Below, one piece after another: positions 62,449-64,000 of a DNA stretch of 64,000 nucleotides. The stretch is from Lytechinus pictus (taxonomy: Eukaryota). Both the position numbers and the translations under genes were made by a program. The DNA lies in the NCBI RefSeq assembly GCF_037042905.1, contig NC_087252.1, forward strand, positions 27,530,001 to 27,594,000, in the 5' to 3' direction. Under the pieces are notes generated by a model that saw nothing but the letters and a program-made list of their open reading frames with translations, was not told where the DNA came from and made no database searches. Every line of letters starts with the position of its first letter. Position 1 is the first letter of the stretch.

Positions 62449-64000
62449 ACATGGGAAGCCAGCAAAGTGTAAAATGATGATTATATTAAATTCTTTCTCA
62501 AAGAAGGTACTACGGAAATTTGACCAAATTAAACGAAGATTTTAGCAAATTTTTAATGACGCTCAATATCACTGACCAATTTATTTCCTTTTCTCTTCCG
62601 CACGTAACAATCCGTATTCTTTTTATCTTCAAAATATGTTCCCCGTCCATAAAACTTAGCAGAATGTATAACTGGTAGAATTTTGAATTTTGAATTTTTT
62701 ATTATCTTGTTCAATCTTGCAATGAAGAAGCATTACAGACAGCGTTATATCAAAGGTTCCTGTTTCTAAAGTGGCGGGAAAGGATTGTCAATATTGGACA
62801 ATAAATCAAAATCATCTAAATGATAGAGTCTACCTTTTTTTCATACATTTATCTGCTATTTATTTTTAGTCATATTAATATCATAGCATCATCATGATAA
62901 ATAGCATCATAATGTTCTTCACTTTGTCATTTAAAATGATTCAAATTGCATTTCGTAATGGCGGAAATTCACCGTCTCATGCTATCAGATATAGCATGTA
63001 TAGTGAACAGTAATTGCGTGGCTCCGATTCCCGTGCACTACTGCCTTTAAATCTTTCGAAATGATTGAAAAATATCCTCAAAAAAGGATGTTTTGATTAT
63101 TCCCACTCGATGGGGATTTGTAAATGGTTATAAGTACCGCGAACGCTAATTCAATGGGTCTACTCTCTGTATTAGTCCAATATAGATACAGAGACCTTTT
63201 TTCGGATTTATCCCTCATCTTTATTCATTGATATACAATTATAACTTTCGTCTTCCCTTCCTTACCATGCGAGGCGCTAAAATTAGACCAACTACGTACG
63301 TACATCGCTGCCTCGCGACCGTTCGTTCGGGGTATTTTCTCATGTATGCAAATAAGACGCACGTCACACGCGCGATCACACTAGTCTCCGTGAACAGGCT
63401 GCTGAGATGCATTGATCCTTAAACTCGCTCTGACGACTGTGTAATGAGGCGTTGTTCTTGAGATGTATGCGGCGTTACGCCTGTCTTGAGCGACTAAGAC
63501 GGAAGGGGAGCCCCTTTTATCGTTGTGAATAAACAAGGTTCAGAAATAGAAAGAGCCAAAAGCATATCCGAACCACGAATAACATCACTCAGGTTATTCA
63601 GCGCTCCTCTTTTCACTCTCTCCCTCTCTCTCTCATCTTCTTTCCATTTCTATATTTAGGATTCATGCGTTGCCATGGTATCCCCCGCTTCACTCTAATC
63701 CAAGAAACAGGAACCGTTGGATTTTTTTTGTAAGTCCTCCGGATTTCGTCCAAAATAGCTCTCCTCAAAATACGTGGGATAAAGAAATGTGTGGCAATAA
63801 ATGTCGTAGATATATTTACTTCCTCTCTGATTCCAAAGGCAGAACCAGACAATCAAATACTGTACAAATTAGATAAGTTGTTGAAGAAAGCGGAAGGGAG
63901 GGAATGAAAGGAAAGAAAATGGGAATGAAATCTCAAGACATTAATAACTGATGACATTAAGTTTGTATCTGTTTCATTTGCATTGCTACTGGAATTAGTC

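Noticed and set aside
1..64000. Conserved microRNA hairpins (miR-9, -92, -133, -375, -2007 seed-like hits)
   Set aside because: Only short partial matches seen by eye, with no full mature sequence or precursor stem; a proper search was not possible

Overview
AT-rich eukaryotic non-coding DNA. The repeat families, poly-G tracts and TACATGTA/TAGGCCTA palindromes suggest an echinoderm, probably a sea urchin (inference). I recognise no intact protein-coding gene. The listed ORFs are noise, simple or tandem repeats, or C-terminal remnants of CR1/L2-type LINE ORF2. The window is a mosaic of non-autonomous DNA transposons assignable by termini and target-site duplication (TSD): Kolobok-like (TTAA), Harbinger-like (3 bp), EnSpm-like (2 bp), AcademH-like (9 bp), hAT-like, a 4.4-kb Sola2-like element (4 bp) and a Helentron-type element. 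It also holds tRNA-derived SINEs, LINE 3' fragments and a satellite-like array with an apparently exact 510-bp duplication. TE-free, motif-dense islands and a few plus-strand splice-signal pairs lie between them. The most notable signal is a set of tiny palindromic inserts built from at most 13 nt of a terminus CATGGA(C/G)CTA(T/C)TA, flanked by 7-bp TSDs, some with templated or captured filler. These look like excision scars of a P-superfamily transposon cutting with a ~13-nt stagger. All coordinates were read by eye and may be off by a few bases.
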